DNA of 42,920 nucleotides from Octopus bimaculoides. Lineage: Eukaryota. Location of the stretch: the NCBI RefSeq assembly GCF_001194135.2, contig NC_068983.1:55800769-55843688 (forward strand). The letters run 5' to 3'. The notes under the pieces were generated by a model. That model ran no database searches and was not told the DNA's origin. It was given only the letters and a program-made list of their open reading frames with translations. A program made the translations under genes and the position numbers. Below, piece by piece: positions 11,960 to 24,100 of the stretch; the first letter of the stretch is position 1; every line of letters starts with the position of its first letter.

Positions 11960-12315
11960 GTAGAGTGTGGCTGGGTGCTAAGAAGCTTCCTTCTCAACCA
12001 TATGGTTCCAGGTTCAGTTCTACTGTGTGACACCTTGGGACAGTGTCTTCTACTATAGCCTCTGGCTGACCAAAGCCTTGTGAGTGGATTTGGTAGATGG
12101 AAACTGAAAGAAGCCCGTCGTATATATGTGTGTGTGTGTGTATGTCTGTGTTTATCCCTCCACCATTGCTTGACACTCGATGTTGGTGTGTTTACGCTCT
12201 TGAAACTTAGTGGTTTGGCAAATGAGACTGATAGAATAAGTGCTGGGGTTAATTTGTTCAACTAAAGGTGTTGCTCCAGCATGGCTGCAGTCAAAAATCT
12301 GAAACAAGTAAAAGA
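11960..12315 (+). mobile_element. SINE-C copy
   Basis: Family homology. Confidence 0.8.
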
Positions 12316-12317
12316 AT

Positions 12318-12690
12318 CATCATCATCATCATTTAACGTCAGTTTTCCATGTTGGCATGGGTTGGACGGTTCGACTGGGGTCTGGGAAGCCAGAAGGCTG
12401 CACCAGGTTCCAGTCTGATCCGGCAATATTTCTACAGCTGGATGCCCTTCCTAATGCCAACCACTCCAAGAGTGTAGTGGGTGCTTTTACATGCCACTGG
12501 CACAGGGGCCAGAGGGAGCTGGCATCGACCACAATCAGATGGTGCTTTTTACGTGCCACCGGCATAGGGACCACAACTCCAATTTCCATTTGATTGTGAA
12601 TGGAATTTGATTTTGATGTATTTGACTCAATAGTTGTCCTCAAGCACAGCATGTTGCCCTACGATCCAAGGTACTTTTGAGTGGGCTGAT
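12318..12690 (-). mobile_element. SINE-A copy
   Basis: Family homology. Confidence 0.85.
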
Positions 12691-13569
12691 TATGCAAAAC
12701 AGAAGAATAAAAGAATATAATAGGAATTTTAAAACAAAGTGGTTATGAGGGTCCATCCAAGTAAAATGGGAACCAAAGGGGTCTATTGGTTAGAAAACGG
12801 TTGAGAAACACTAGTGTTGATTAACTGAAGGGGTATCAATATGCTTTCTTTGAGCTGTATCGATATGTGTTGTAACTTGTTCAGATGTTAGGCACAATAT
12901 GGTAGAAGGAGATAGAGAAAGGGTAATCATTTTTCAGTCACTAGAAATAACAACAGAAGTAAATTGATTTCAGCTAAAACCTAAAGCTAATTTATAGTCC
13001 TATCTTCCTGGCGACAGACCACTTAATCTGTCCTCTTAACAACAACAGTCTCAGCTAATTGAAGATATCTGAAGATATCGTGCTTGCTAGATTAAGTGAA
13101 TTAATGCTTTGTTATAAACATTAATAATGATTTCTAACGTAGACAGAAAATCACACGTCTTTGGAGAAAGAACAAAGCTGATTAAATCAACCCCAGTAAC
13201 TGACTGGTATTTTCATTTTATCATTTCCAGAAGGTATAATGGTGAGGGTATTCAGCTCAGGCACATGACATCAGTGCACAGTGTCCTTGAGTAAGGCACT
13301 TTATTTTAAGGTAGACCAGTCTACTCAGCTAAAAATGGGTACCAGGTGAATGCTAGAACAGCTCACCCACCCTCTTTCTCTTCCACCTCTCTCTTTCTCT
13401 CTCCCTCTCCCCACTTCAGCTGTCATGTTATGGATGTGCTACCATGTCAAAGGGTAGGTGGGATGAAAAGAGGGTCTACGTCTGCTAACAACAAGATAGG
13501 GAGGAACCTAAAACAATTAATAACACAAGGTACATGTCAAATCATACTTGTTCATGGGTGAAAACTGGT

Positions 13570-14005
13570 CAAAAATTCCCAAAAGGTGAAAGACAAAGCT
13601 GATTCAAACCTATTTGAACTCAGAATTTAAAGGTATGAAACTAAATGCTACAAAATATTTTGTTTGTCACTTTATTGATTCAGCTAACCTTGGCAAGATT
13701 TGAACTCAGAATGCAGTTGTATTTGAATATCACAATGCATATTATCTAATGTACAAATGACATCCAATCCACTGTCACTTAATAACCCTTTCTGTTGAAG
13801 CCACAAGACCTGAAACTTGACGGGAAGAGCTAGTTGATTATACTGACCCCAATGCTCAACTGGTAATTATTTCATCGACCCCAAAAGGACAAAAAGTAAA
13901 GTCAACCTCAGCAAAATTTGAACTCAGAACACAAAGATAGATGAAATACCACCAAGCAGCTTTTCTAGCATGCTAATGATTCTGCCAGTTTGCCACCTTG
14001 CTGTC
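13570..14005 (-). mobile_element. Decayed SINE-B copies (about 13570-13700 and 13785-14005)
   Basis: ggaatttgaactcagaa and tcgaccccaaaaggac..aaagtcaacctc remnants. Confidence 0.65.
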
Positions 14006-14334
14006 ACCTAATGATATAAATGCAAGGTCGGGCATTGTGAGGAAAGGGTATATTTAGCATCGTTGTGGCCGAAGCCAGTGCCATCTGACTGGCACCCGTA
14101 CCAGTGGCATGTAAAAAGTACCATTCAAACATTGGACCTCAAAGAGGCAGTGACAGGTGACTGAGACCTTTGGCGATATACCGTGCTTGTGTATACCTGT
14201 CAAGCCAAGTGAGATTGTAGTGGTAGCTGATGCCAGTGTCATGTTGGTGGCACATAAAAAAATAGATTGATGGCAACATTTTCCTTTTATGGCAAAATAT
14301 GCACCTAATTCAATAAAATTATGAAGGTTACTCT

Positions 14335-14615
14335 GATTACTATGCATAAAATGCAAAATGTTTCTTGCGGATTAGGTAGGCATAATTTGCCCCTGCCTTT
14401 CAATCTCAGTATTTAAGCTACACATAGTTCTGCTGTAGAACTCATGCTGTGTACATTTCTACAACACCGTTTTCTTTACTTGCTATAAAGGCTGAAATAG
14501 CTCTGTCTTCAACTCAGTCGCGCACCTGTGTTTCACTTATTTTTTGTATGTTTTACTACATAAATGTCGCCAATTGCTTACCCTGAGCAAATACTGACGG
14601 CACATGCCTGATATA
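14335..14615 (+). mobile_element. Unclassified ~285-bp interspersed repeat abutting (TA)n
   Basis: Colinear with 38275-38562 (ctgatta.tatgcataaaatgcaaaat...aactcagtcgcgc.cctgtgtttcacttatttt...gcctgatatata). Confidence 0.7.
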
Positions 14616-14621
14616 TATATA

Positions 14622-15075
14622 TCATCATCATCATCATCGTTTAACATCCGCTTTCCATGCAAGCATAGGTTGGACGATTTGGCTGAGGACTGGCGAACCG
14701 GATGGCTGCACCAGGCTCCAATCTGATCTGGCAGAGTTTCTACAGCTGGATGCTTTCCTAACGCCAACCACTCCGAGAGTGTAGTGGGTGTTTTTACGTG
14801 CCACCGGCATGAGGGCCAGTCAGACGGTACTGGCAACAGCCACGCTCAAAATGGTATTTTTTTACATGCTATCTGCACAGGAGCCAGTCCAGTGGCACTG
14901 GCAACAACCTCGCTCGAATGTTTTCTAACATGCGACTGGCACAAGTGCCTGTGAGGCGACGCTGGTAATGATCACACTCAGATGGTGCTATTTACGTGCC
15001 ACTGACACGGAAGCCAGACAGCTGCTCTGGCAATGATCATGCTCGGACGGTGTTGTTAGTGCTCCACTGGCACAA
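14622..15075 (-). mobile_element. SINE-A copy with 4-5 tandem internal ~63-nt units
   Basis: Repeated tttttacgtgccac.ggcac..g.gccagtc....g..actggcaa...cacgctc..atgg units at about 14790-15075. Confidence 0.85.
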
Positions 15076-15620
15076 TATATATATAGATAGATAGATATAT
15101 ATACATACACTCACACAAAAGAAATTGGATTTCTAACACAGACACAATAACTGAAATTTTGGTGTATAAAATATATATATTTTCATATTTGATTTAATCA
15201 TTCCCTGTACTTAGCTTGTAATATTTTCAACTCAAGAGGAATGAAAGCAAAGCTAACATTGTAAAAGAAAATAACTGAATAACACAAATCATTTTGTTTT
15301 TGTAATCCACTCAACAAATTCTACCAAACTACAAAAATATTAAAGGCTTTATAAAATTTACCCTTGATGGAAATTAATTATTTCGAGAAAGAAAAATACA
15401 TCATACAGCTAATTCTGAATTTGTCCAACGAAATAAATAAAGAGAAAAACAAGCAATTGTCATGAGACCTTTGGACACTAAATCACAGTGTTTAACAACC
15501 CTACATCTGCAATTTCTTCTGAGTCTAACACACAACTATTCAACTCCTGTTTGTGATATAATCAGCTTCTATATTTCCTAACATTCTTTACATATCAGTG
15601 TAACTTCTAATCAATCATGG

Positions 15621-15690
15621 CTAGGAATTTTCTCGAAAAAGGACTGGGTCACCTTAAAGTGACATAAGTCAGGTTTGAGAAAATTGCTAG
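15621..15690. repeat. 70-bp imperfect palindrome (mini-MITE-like)
   Basis: ctaggaattttctcgaa...gtcacctt / aaagtgac...tttgagaaaattgctag pair over most of the length. Confidence 0.7.
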
Positions 15691-15831
15691 ATCATATCTC
15701 ACCAATACTCATTATCTCCCTCTCCCTCCCCACCTCTCTCTCTCCCTCCCTCTGTCTCCCTTTCTCTCCTTCACTCACACCCACATACATGCTTAAAGAC
15801 ATAAACATTTATAATATGTATTCGAGAACTG

Positions 15832-15865
<34 letters not shown>

Positions 15866-16004
15866 TTAGAAATGAGAACACTGCTTGTATGAAGGTGACT
15901 CTCATTTACATGTGAGTGCATGTATTTGTGTGTGTATGTCCGTGCGTGTGTGTGTGTGTATGTGTGTGTGTATGTCCATGTGTGTGTGTGTATGTCCATG
16001 TGTA

Positions 16005-16037
<33 letters not shown>

Positions 16038-16355
16038 CCTTGTTGTGACGTTACACAAGTAGCTACAAATGAGTCACCTTCAAACAAGCAGTGTACTTGT
16101 TTCTAATCTTTCCAATGTACTCTTTTCCAGTCTTTCCAGTGTACTTGATAATACCCTGGTCTGATTGTATGTAATATGTTTCATTAGAAACATCATCATT
16201 ATCATTTTACACTCACTCTCCATGGTGGCATAGGTCAAATGGATCATTTATTTGAAGTCTCTGTTTTCATAGACTGCTGTTTGTACATATCAGATGGTTT
16301 GGTTTCAATGGCTAGATGCTCTTCCTCTCGCCAACCACTTAATAGAATGGACTGG

Positions 16356-16804
16356 GTGCAAGCTGGCAGAAACATTAGCACACCGGGCGAAATGCTTATC
16401 GGCATTTCATCTGCAGTTACGTTCTGAGTTTAAATTCCGCCAAGGTCCACGTTGCCTTTCAGCCACTCGGGGGTCGATAAATTAAGTACCAGTAATGCAC
16501 TGGGGTCTATGTAATCGACTTAATCCCTTTGTCTGTCCTTGTTTGTCCCCTCTATGTTTAGCCCCTTGTGCGCAATAAAGAAATAAGAAATGTTAGCATG
16601 CCAGTGAGCCGGCTGAAATGCTTAGCGATATTTCGTCTGCCATTATGTTCTGAGTTCAAATTCCACCGAGGTCAACTTTGCCCTTCATCCTTTCGGGATC
16701 AATAAATTAAGTGCCAGTTACGCACTGGGGTCGATGTAATCGACTTATTACCTTTGTTTGTCCCCTCTATGTTTAGCCCCTTGTGGGCAATAAAGAAATA
16801 AGAA
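16356..16804 (+). mobile_element. Head-to-tail SINE-B dimer
   Basis: Unit 2 starts at about 16591, directly after the tail gccccttgtg.gcaataaagaaataagaaa, and lacks the A-box head. Confidence 0.85.
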
Positions 16805-17388
16805 TGTACTGGGTGCATTCTTTCCCAGTATTTACACAAAAGAAGTTGAATAAAGAGAACCTCACAACCCCATGATCCCTCTCTTCTCATTTACCAGCCA
16901 CACTATAGTGTATGCTGGTTGTATATGGCGTATATGTATGGTGCAAGCACCTAAGACATTGTCTCATCCCCCAGTCATTGTGGAAGGAGTGCAATTTGTG
17001 AGTTTTCTGTCATGCAAGATGGGGTTGTCAATGGATACCTTGCACATAGGTAAAGTAGAGAGTCCTCATTATCATTTGGTGTCTGTTTTCCATGCTGGCA
17101 TGGGTTGGAAGGTTTGACAGGAGCTTGGCAAGTCAGAAGACCGTGTCAAACTCTACTGTCTTCATTGCCATGGTTTCTTCAGCCGGATGTCCTTTCTAAT
17201 GCCAATTACTTCACAGTGTACTGGGTGCTTTTACAAGGCACTGGTAGCTGTGAGGTCACTAAGTAACTTTCAGGACAAGACCCCTTGACCTAAGTGGTAG
17301 TGGAGACAGCATTGTGCCAGATGACAAGTTACAGTATGAGTAGCGGCATAGGGATAGGGGTGTTGCAGGAGAGGAAATACATGGCTGC

Positions 17389-17391
<3 letters not shown>

Positions 17392-17433
<42 letters not shown>

Positions 17434-18022
17434 AGAGAGAGAGAGAGAGAGAGAGAAGAGTGTGAGAGGGATTTTTTTGTGTGTTTGTGATTGTTTGAGT
17501 GTTTGTGTGTGAGTGTGTGTTTGTGTGTTGTGTGTGTTTATATGTATGTGTGTGTGTGTGTCGGTGTGTGTGTGTGTGTTGGTGTGTGTGTGTGTTGGTG
17601 TGTGTGTGTGTCGGTGTGTGTGTGTGTCGGTGTGTGTGTGTGTCGGTGTGTGTGTGCACATACATACATGCATACATACACACCATAAACACATACATAC
17701 ATACATACCATAAACACATACATACATGCATACACATATACCATAAACACATGCATACATAGATACATACCATAAACACATACATACATACACACAAACC
17801 ATAAACACATACATGCATGCACACATTCATGTATGCATTAATACATACGTGCATACATACATGCACACACACATATGTACATAGTCCTTTACTGTTTGTT
17901 CCGGTTATGTGCACTGCTAAAATATATGTGTGTGTGCATGTGTGTGTGTTTATGTGTGTGCATGTGTGTGTTTGTGTGTGCGTGCATGTACCTGTACGTA
18001 TGTATGTATTAAAACACACACA
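17392..18022. repeat. Compound microsatellite/minisatellite: (GA)n, (TG)n with gtcggtgtgt units, ccataaacacatacata units, then (TG)n again
   Basis: Read directly from sequence. Confidence 0.9.
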
Positions 18023-18250
18023 CATACCTTTCTATAAATGTCATCAGTGACAAGATGAGTCTGAATATATTCATACATTCAACAGAATAACTTTTTTTTA
18101 ATGACTGGATATCAGCTTACATATCTATGGAGACGCGAACACACATACACACACACAGATTCTGAGGTGATATCGTTATTATCCTGAAGTTTATGTAACT
18201 GAAACGCTGCCAGCCCTTCCTCTCGCCCCCCCCCTATCACATCCACTCTA

Positions 18251-18360
18251 AATAACTCATACTTCACACTGCCTCTTACACCAACCACCTTTCTGAAGGA
18301 ACGAAACAAAAGTAACTTATACCTCAGACCACTTCTTGTACCAATCACTTCTCTGAAACA
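18251..18360. repeat. Two-copy 60-nt-period tandem duplication
   Basis: 18251-18300 versus 18311-18360: 36/50 identical, no indels, 12 of 14 differences are transitions. Confidence 0.8.
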
Positions 18361-18884
18361 ATAATAATAATAAGAAGAGAGAGAGAGGGGGGGATTCTGG
18401 CAGACGTCTGGTCTGTCTGCTGAACACTGCCTAATAATATCTCCCACCACGACGACCACCACTACCGCATGATGTAACATAAATGTATGCTGGCTAAACT
18501 CAGTCTTTAACAAAGGAGCATCAATGTGGTCAAACAACTAGCTGAAAATAGCAATCAAATCTCCCTCAAAGCATAACTTCAACCATCTTAAATAAAGAAC
18601 ATTAAACGAATGATTGATTAGTTAGTTGATTGGGTATTAAACCAATTGACTAACAGTAAAGAAGTGATATTGAACCAGTGCATGTGTTGTTATTATTATT
18701 AGTGTAATGGCCCTACCAAGACAACAAGCTTGGTTGGTAAAGTTGCTGTTATACAAAAAGACAGAATGGTCATGAATGGAACGTCTTTCAACACAACTGC
18801 ATTTAACCAAGATTGAACTGAGGCTAAAGAACAGCAAAGAGTAAGTTTACTTTGAATCAGGAAAAAAAAAGGCCAATACATGTT

Positions 18885-19147
18885 TTTATTATAACTGAGT
18901 GCCCCCTGACTGGCTGCCATACCAGTGGCATGTAAAAAGCACCATCCGAACTTGGTCAATGCCTGTGCCTCCTAACTGGCCCCCACACTGGTGGCACCCA
19001 CTACACTGTCAGAGTAGTTGGTGTTAGAAAGGGCATCCAGCTGTAGAAACATCGCCATATCAGCCCACTGGCTTACCAGACCTCAGTCAAATCGTCCAAC
19101 CCATGCCAGCATGGAAAGCGGACGTTAAACGATGATGATGATGACGA
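18885..19147 (+). mobile_element. SINE-A copy
   Basis: Family homology, (GAT)n tail. Confidence 0.8.
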
Positions 19148-19194
19148 CAGCCACAAAAACAAACATTAACACACACACACACACACACACATAT

Positions 19195-19490
19195 ACTCTT
19201 GTTACTTGTTTCAGTCATTTGACTGTGGCCATGCTGGAGCACCGCCTTTAGTCAAACAAATTGACCCCAGGACTTATTCTTTGTAAGCCTAGTACTTATT
19301 CTATTGGTCTCTTTTGCCAAACCACTAAGTTATGGGTACACAGACACACCAGCATCAGTTGTCAAGATATGTTTGGTTGGCCCAAACCTATAATTGAAGA
19401 CACTTGCCCAAGGTGCCACACAGTGGGACTGAACCCGGAGCCATGTGGTTGGTAAGCAAGCTACTTACCACACAGCCACTCCTATGCCTA
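19195..19490 (-). mobile_element. SINE-C copy with an internal deletion
   Basis: Head and tail intact; the microsatellite-containing middle is missing. Confidence 0.8.
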
Positions 19491-19780
19491 TATATAATTG
19501 ATTTCTTTCTAATAATATATGGAAGGAAAGATGTGATATTGTGAGAGCCCAAATCATTCGTAAACAATATAAGCAAAGTAGAATCAATTGAGAATGGAAA
19601 GCAGATTAGAGGCTCAGACGTAACTATGAAGAACACAATCCTTTTCAAATTCAACCCAATAAATGGATAACACTAACATATGGCTCACTTTAAAATGGCC
19701 GATGAAGTTTCCTCTGTTGACAGCATTCAGACCAGACTTTCCCTACCCAACTTATCCCTCTTTATTCTCATTGTTTCTTC

Positions 19781-19962
19781 AAGGCAGCAAGCTGGCAGAT
19801 GATGCTAGCATGCTGGGAAAAATGCTTAGCAACATTTCGTCTGTTTTTATGTTCTGAGTTCAAATTCCACCGAAGTAGACTTTGCCTTTCATCCTTTTGG
19901 GGTAAATAAATTAAGTACCACCTCCCCAAAAATTTCAGTCCTTGTGCCCAGAATAGAAAAGA
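19781..19962 (+). mobile_element. SINE-B copy
   Basis: Family homology. Confidence 0.8.
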
Positions 19963-21333
19963 TTCTCATTATTTCTTCTAATATTAACCAAAAGAGGTTC
20001 ACACTAGATGCAGCCTAGGATGTGGGATTGTGCAGCTGACCACTGCCATCATTACCACCACATCAAAATGTGAGACCAATATTCCATTATGACCTAATCT
20101 GAATTTCAAAAGTATCATATAGCCCTGAAGAAAAACACCAGTTATTGGGAGTCAGTCCAAGCTATGTGAAGGACGTGCTTTTGTCAGAAGACATTTACAT
20201 TTTTGGTAAGAGTGGGACCCAATAATTCAAGCAATTATGAGGGTTTTGAGTGATTGTAAAGGCTCCTGTGAAAGAAAATAATTGCAGCAGAGCATCAATG
20301 TCAATGGGAGAATTGTTTTGTTACTGCTTACAGTGGCACATTACATCATACTGCAAGGTATACTTAAAATCAGGTGAGCTCAGCTATTGAAAGTAAAATT
20401 TTCTAAAATGTCTTGATCACAAACACCCTGCAGTGCTAGTGAGGGCATAAGAACAGCTGACCTCTTGGCTGTTTATCCAGTATTTTGTTAATACAAAATC
20501 ACCTGTGTTTATCACTAAACCAGACTTAATACAAAAATAAATTAAATCATTATAACAAAAATTCATTTCATCATTTGAAATAAGACACTCAAATCCTAGT
20601 ATTGACAGATTGGTTAAGAGCAAATAGCTATTATGCATAACTGTATGTTCTGTAAACATGAAATCCCCTCCTGCATATACAAAGGTGATAGTTGTACTTT
20701 CAACAAGCCATATGTTGCATTAGGCTGTCTTTGAACTCATGACTTGGGCATTATCAATCTAGCAGATTGAGACATGCTGATGCAGAACTGATCTGTCAAG
20801 CTTTTAAATGAAACTCGCAAAAAAAAAAAGAAAAGAAAAAACATTAATCAAATAGAAAGCTGTTATTGTAAATTACTATTGATACTGTCATATTACAAAA
20901 GACTTGGTTATTGTAACTTGCTTCCTATTTCTATCAATTACATCTGTTAATTACATCTGAAACTTGCACATTTTCCCCTTATTGTCTCTAGAGCTTTTGA
21001 GCTACAGTTTGATCTTTGGAAACCTAACAAAAAATCCACTTCATTCTGTAGGACATTTGAAGAATACACCTTGAGTGAGAGGCAATAGTCGTTACAGCAA
21101 GCCATAAATACTGTATTTGAAGGCATATAAGACATTTTACTTTTTTTAAATAAATTTCTCAAAAAAAAAAAAAAAAATTTCCCTGTGTTCTATATGTGAA
21201 GACTAGCATGCCATAAGCTATGTCTGTGACACAGAATATGTACTTCTTCAATTGGAGTGCATCTAATATTCCACCAAATATGATGACATAAAATGACAGA
21301 ATAAAGAGTTAATTATGTACAAGACTTAAGGCA

Positions 21334-21806
21334 GTGTCCTTGTTTGTCCTCTCTGTGTGTAGCCCATTGTGGGCAGTAAAGAAACAAGAAACATTAGCAC
21401 GCCGGGTGAAATACTTAACGGTATTTCGTCTGCTGTTACGTTCTGAGTTCAAATTCCACCGAGGTCGACTTTGCCATTCAATCTTTCGGGGTCAATAAAT
21501 TAAGTACCAGTTACGCACTGAGATCGATGTAATCAACTTAATCCCTTTGTCTTTCCTTGTTTGTCCCCTCTGTGTTTAGCCCCTTGTGGGTAATAAAGAA
21601 ATAAGAAATGTTAGCACGCCAGACGAAATGCTTAGCGGTGTTTCGAGTGTCTTTATTTTCTGAGTTCAAATTCCGCCAAGGTCGACTTTGCCTTTCATCC
21701 TTTCGGGGTCGATAAATTAAGTACCAGTTGCGTACTGGAGTCGATCTAATCGACTGGGCCCCTCCCCCAAAAATTTCGAGCTTTGTGCCTAGAGTAGGGA
21801 AGAATA
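21334..21806 (+). mobile_element. SINE-B tandem array (tail fragment plus two units)
   Basis: Starts with a tail segment (21334-21391); units begin at about 21392 and 21609. Confidence 0.85.
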
Positions 21807-22247
21807 TTTGTGTATCCAAAAAGGCGGCGAGCTAGCAGAAACGTTAGCGCCCACACATACACACACACAGAAGGCAGATGAGACCAAATGGAGAAACGAT
21901 ATAATAGAGGGATGACAAGAAGAAAAGTTGTTAATGTTAACTCAAGGTCAACTCAGATTTATAATCAAAGGTGTGCCAGTTGAGAGCTCACCGTATTGAC
22001 TATGTCTAGAATTACATCGCCTCGTGTATTCTCGTGCAGCTCCCTCAGTGGCTTGTGAGGAAAAAATAAAAAGAGGCATTTGGTTTGATGTTTAATGTAG
22101 TCCTCGATGAAACATTAGCATCGTACGACTGGAATAATGTAGTTATAAACATTTAGGGGACGAGTTACTTCTCTCACATTAAATACCAACAATATCTTTT
22201 TTTTTTTTCATAAAGTTCGCAAAATCTCATCGGCAGTTATTCCCATA

Positions 22248-22281
<34 letters not shown>

Positions 22282-23532
22282 TATAATATTCTGAAATGGT
22301 GGTAGCCGGCATATTCCGTTCAGTTGTTACACGGTTGGAAGAATCGTACTGTATTTAAACAGATTAAAAGTGATGGGAACAAAGGAAGTTCATTTCATTA
22401 TTTATTTTATTTGTTTGTTTATTTCTATAGTTCGCCAAAGATATATAAGTGACGTAAAAGGGCTGGTCATTCTTCCGACAAAGGTGGGCGGACTCGGATG
22501 ACAGGATTTGCGTCTTAAAGTGAAACTGACAAGTTACGCAAAAACATTTAGAATAACCTCCCTTTGCTTAACGACAACCGCCTGTCTAGAGTTACTTGTC
22601 ACGTACCCCCTTTATTAACATACATGGCTATTTATTTGTTGAGAAATTCACCGATCGTTGTCTCTTGCGTCAGCAAGGACTGAGTACTCTGAGATAATTT
22701 AATAAATGTAATTAAGCATCCTATGAATATTTTATGCATGTTATATCCGGCAAATAGCAAATGCGACATTTTCAAGGAGAATGCAACTTTATGAATACAC
22801 AACTGATAGAAATTAAATTCTGGGTGGAAATTGAAGACCAGTGTGATAATCAGTTCCACTGGTATCTTATGCGTAATAAAAAATTTACAATGGACATATC
22901 CTGTTTGATGCTTTATCCTCTGAACTATGCAATTTGCAAAAACTACAATGACGAAAAGCTGATCTGAAACGCGCGCGCGTGTGTGTATACACTGGACACA
23001 CACGCATATGCAAGCTGACTAGTTGGAGCAGATGCCTTTCTCGGTCGGATTTTATCAACGTCATTCGTCCTCTAACGATTTGCAATCCCAAACGACTCAT
23101 TTAAGAATAAAAGTCTATATTTCTTTGCTGCTCGTTAGAAATCATAGACCTACATTTGACAACTAAATTATTCTTAGTTAACACAAGAGAGAGAATAATT
23201 ATTTATACTCTCTTGTTTTAGTAGTCGGTCATCTGTTTTAAGTTTTATTAATCTATCGGTCATATAATATCAGCGCATATACAAACAACACACACACTAT
23301 ATGTGTGTNNNNNNNNNNNNNNNNNNNNNNNNNNNNNNNNNNNNNNNNNNNNNNNNNNCAGACACACATTCAATTGCTATTTATGCACAAAGTAATTCAG
23401 AAAAAATAAACTGGAATAAATATAAGAAAGTCACACTGTGGATACAATAAGAATGTAACCACGTTCTTTCCTCTGACGGACCGTTTTACAGCTTGTTGAC
23501 CGCTCTAGAGATGGATATACTCGGCTTCCTTC

Positions 23533-23861
23533 GTAGAGGCGCAATGGCCCAGTGGGTAAGGCAGCGGACTCGCGGTCGTAGCATCGCGATTTCGATTCCT
23601 AGGCGAGGCTCCGGCAGGAGGTGGTGGTGAACTCTGCTGTACTCTTTCACCACAACTTTCTCTTACTCTTTCTTCCTGTTTCCGTTGTACTTGTATTTCA
23701 AAGGGCCACGTTGTCACACTGTGTCACGCTAAATCTCCCCGAGAACTACGTTAAGGGTACACGTGTCTGTGGAGTGCTCAGCCACGTTAATTTCACGAGC
23801 AGACTATTTTGTTGATCGGATCAACTGGAACCCTCGCCGTCGTAACTGACGGAGTGCCACG
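23533..23861 (+). mobile_element. SINE-D full-length, CpG-rich, with a 14-bp TSD
   Basis: tRNA head gcgcaatggcccagtgg...gatttcgattcc; TSD ACTCGGCTTCCTTC at 23519-23532 and 23862-23875. Confidence 0.9.
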
Positions 23862-24100
23862 ACTCGGCTTCCTTCACTCAACTGCTACAAGTCATGATCT
23901 AGGCTAATTATTATACAGTTGGTATACATTAGTGGATAGCCTAATTTACAGATCTGTGCTTCTGGCGGTTCGTCATTGATTAAGCTATATTTATTTTATG
24001 TATAATACAGCGTAAACTGGAACTGCTTGCATATATGAAAATTATTATCTCGAGTCATAAGACCCGTCGGGCCGGTTACCCGGTTTTCATGGCGTATAAG

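Larger units (their letters stand above)
11807..12811. mobile_element. hAT-Charlie-like MITE split by nested SINE-C (about 11960-12315, +) and SINE-A (about 12318-12690, -)
   Basis: Ends CTGTGATCCTCAACTGGGGT ... GGTTGAGAAACACT resemble Charlie-type CAGTGGTTCTCAAC TIRs; the flanks gtccagat / gtgttgat are a degenerate 8-bp TSD (5/8). Confidence 0.6.

Noticed and set aside
13420-13453. Exon-like 34-mer (LSCYGC..., resembling a Ly6 start) with a strong acceptor and GTAGGT donor
   Set aside because: The pyrimidine tract is a CT microsatellite, all three frames are open, and no partner exon was found
14790-15075. Repeat-unit array considered as a CRISPR-like array or HDV-like ribozyme
   Set aside because: There are no unique spacers or cas genes, the context is a eukaryotic SINE, and I could not build the HDV nested double pseudoknot (no P1.1/P4/P2 partners)
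16058-16207. Minus-strand GII...YIGK peptide resembling GIY-YIG
   Set aside because: It is short, has no ATG or good acceptor, overlaps a SINE remnant and a local tctttccagtgtact tandem repeat, and the spacing is imperfect
23533-23610. tRNA-like A and B boxes here and in other SINE heads
   Set aside because: No complete cloverleaf or acceptor stem; these are SINE heads, not tRNA genes
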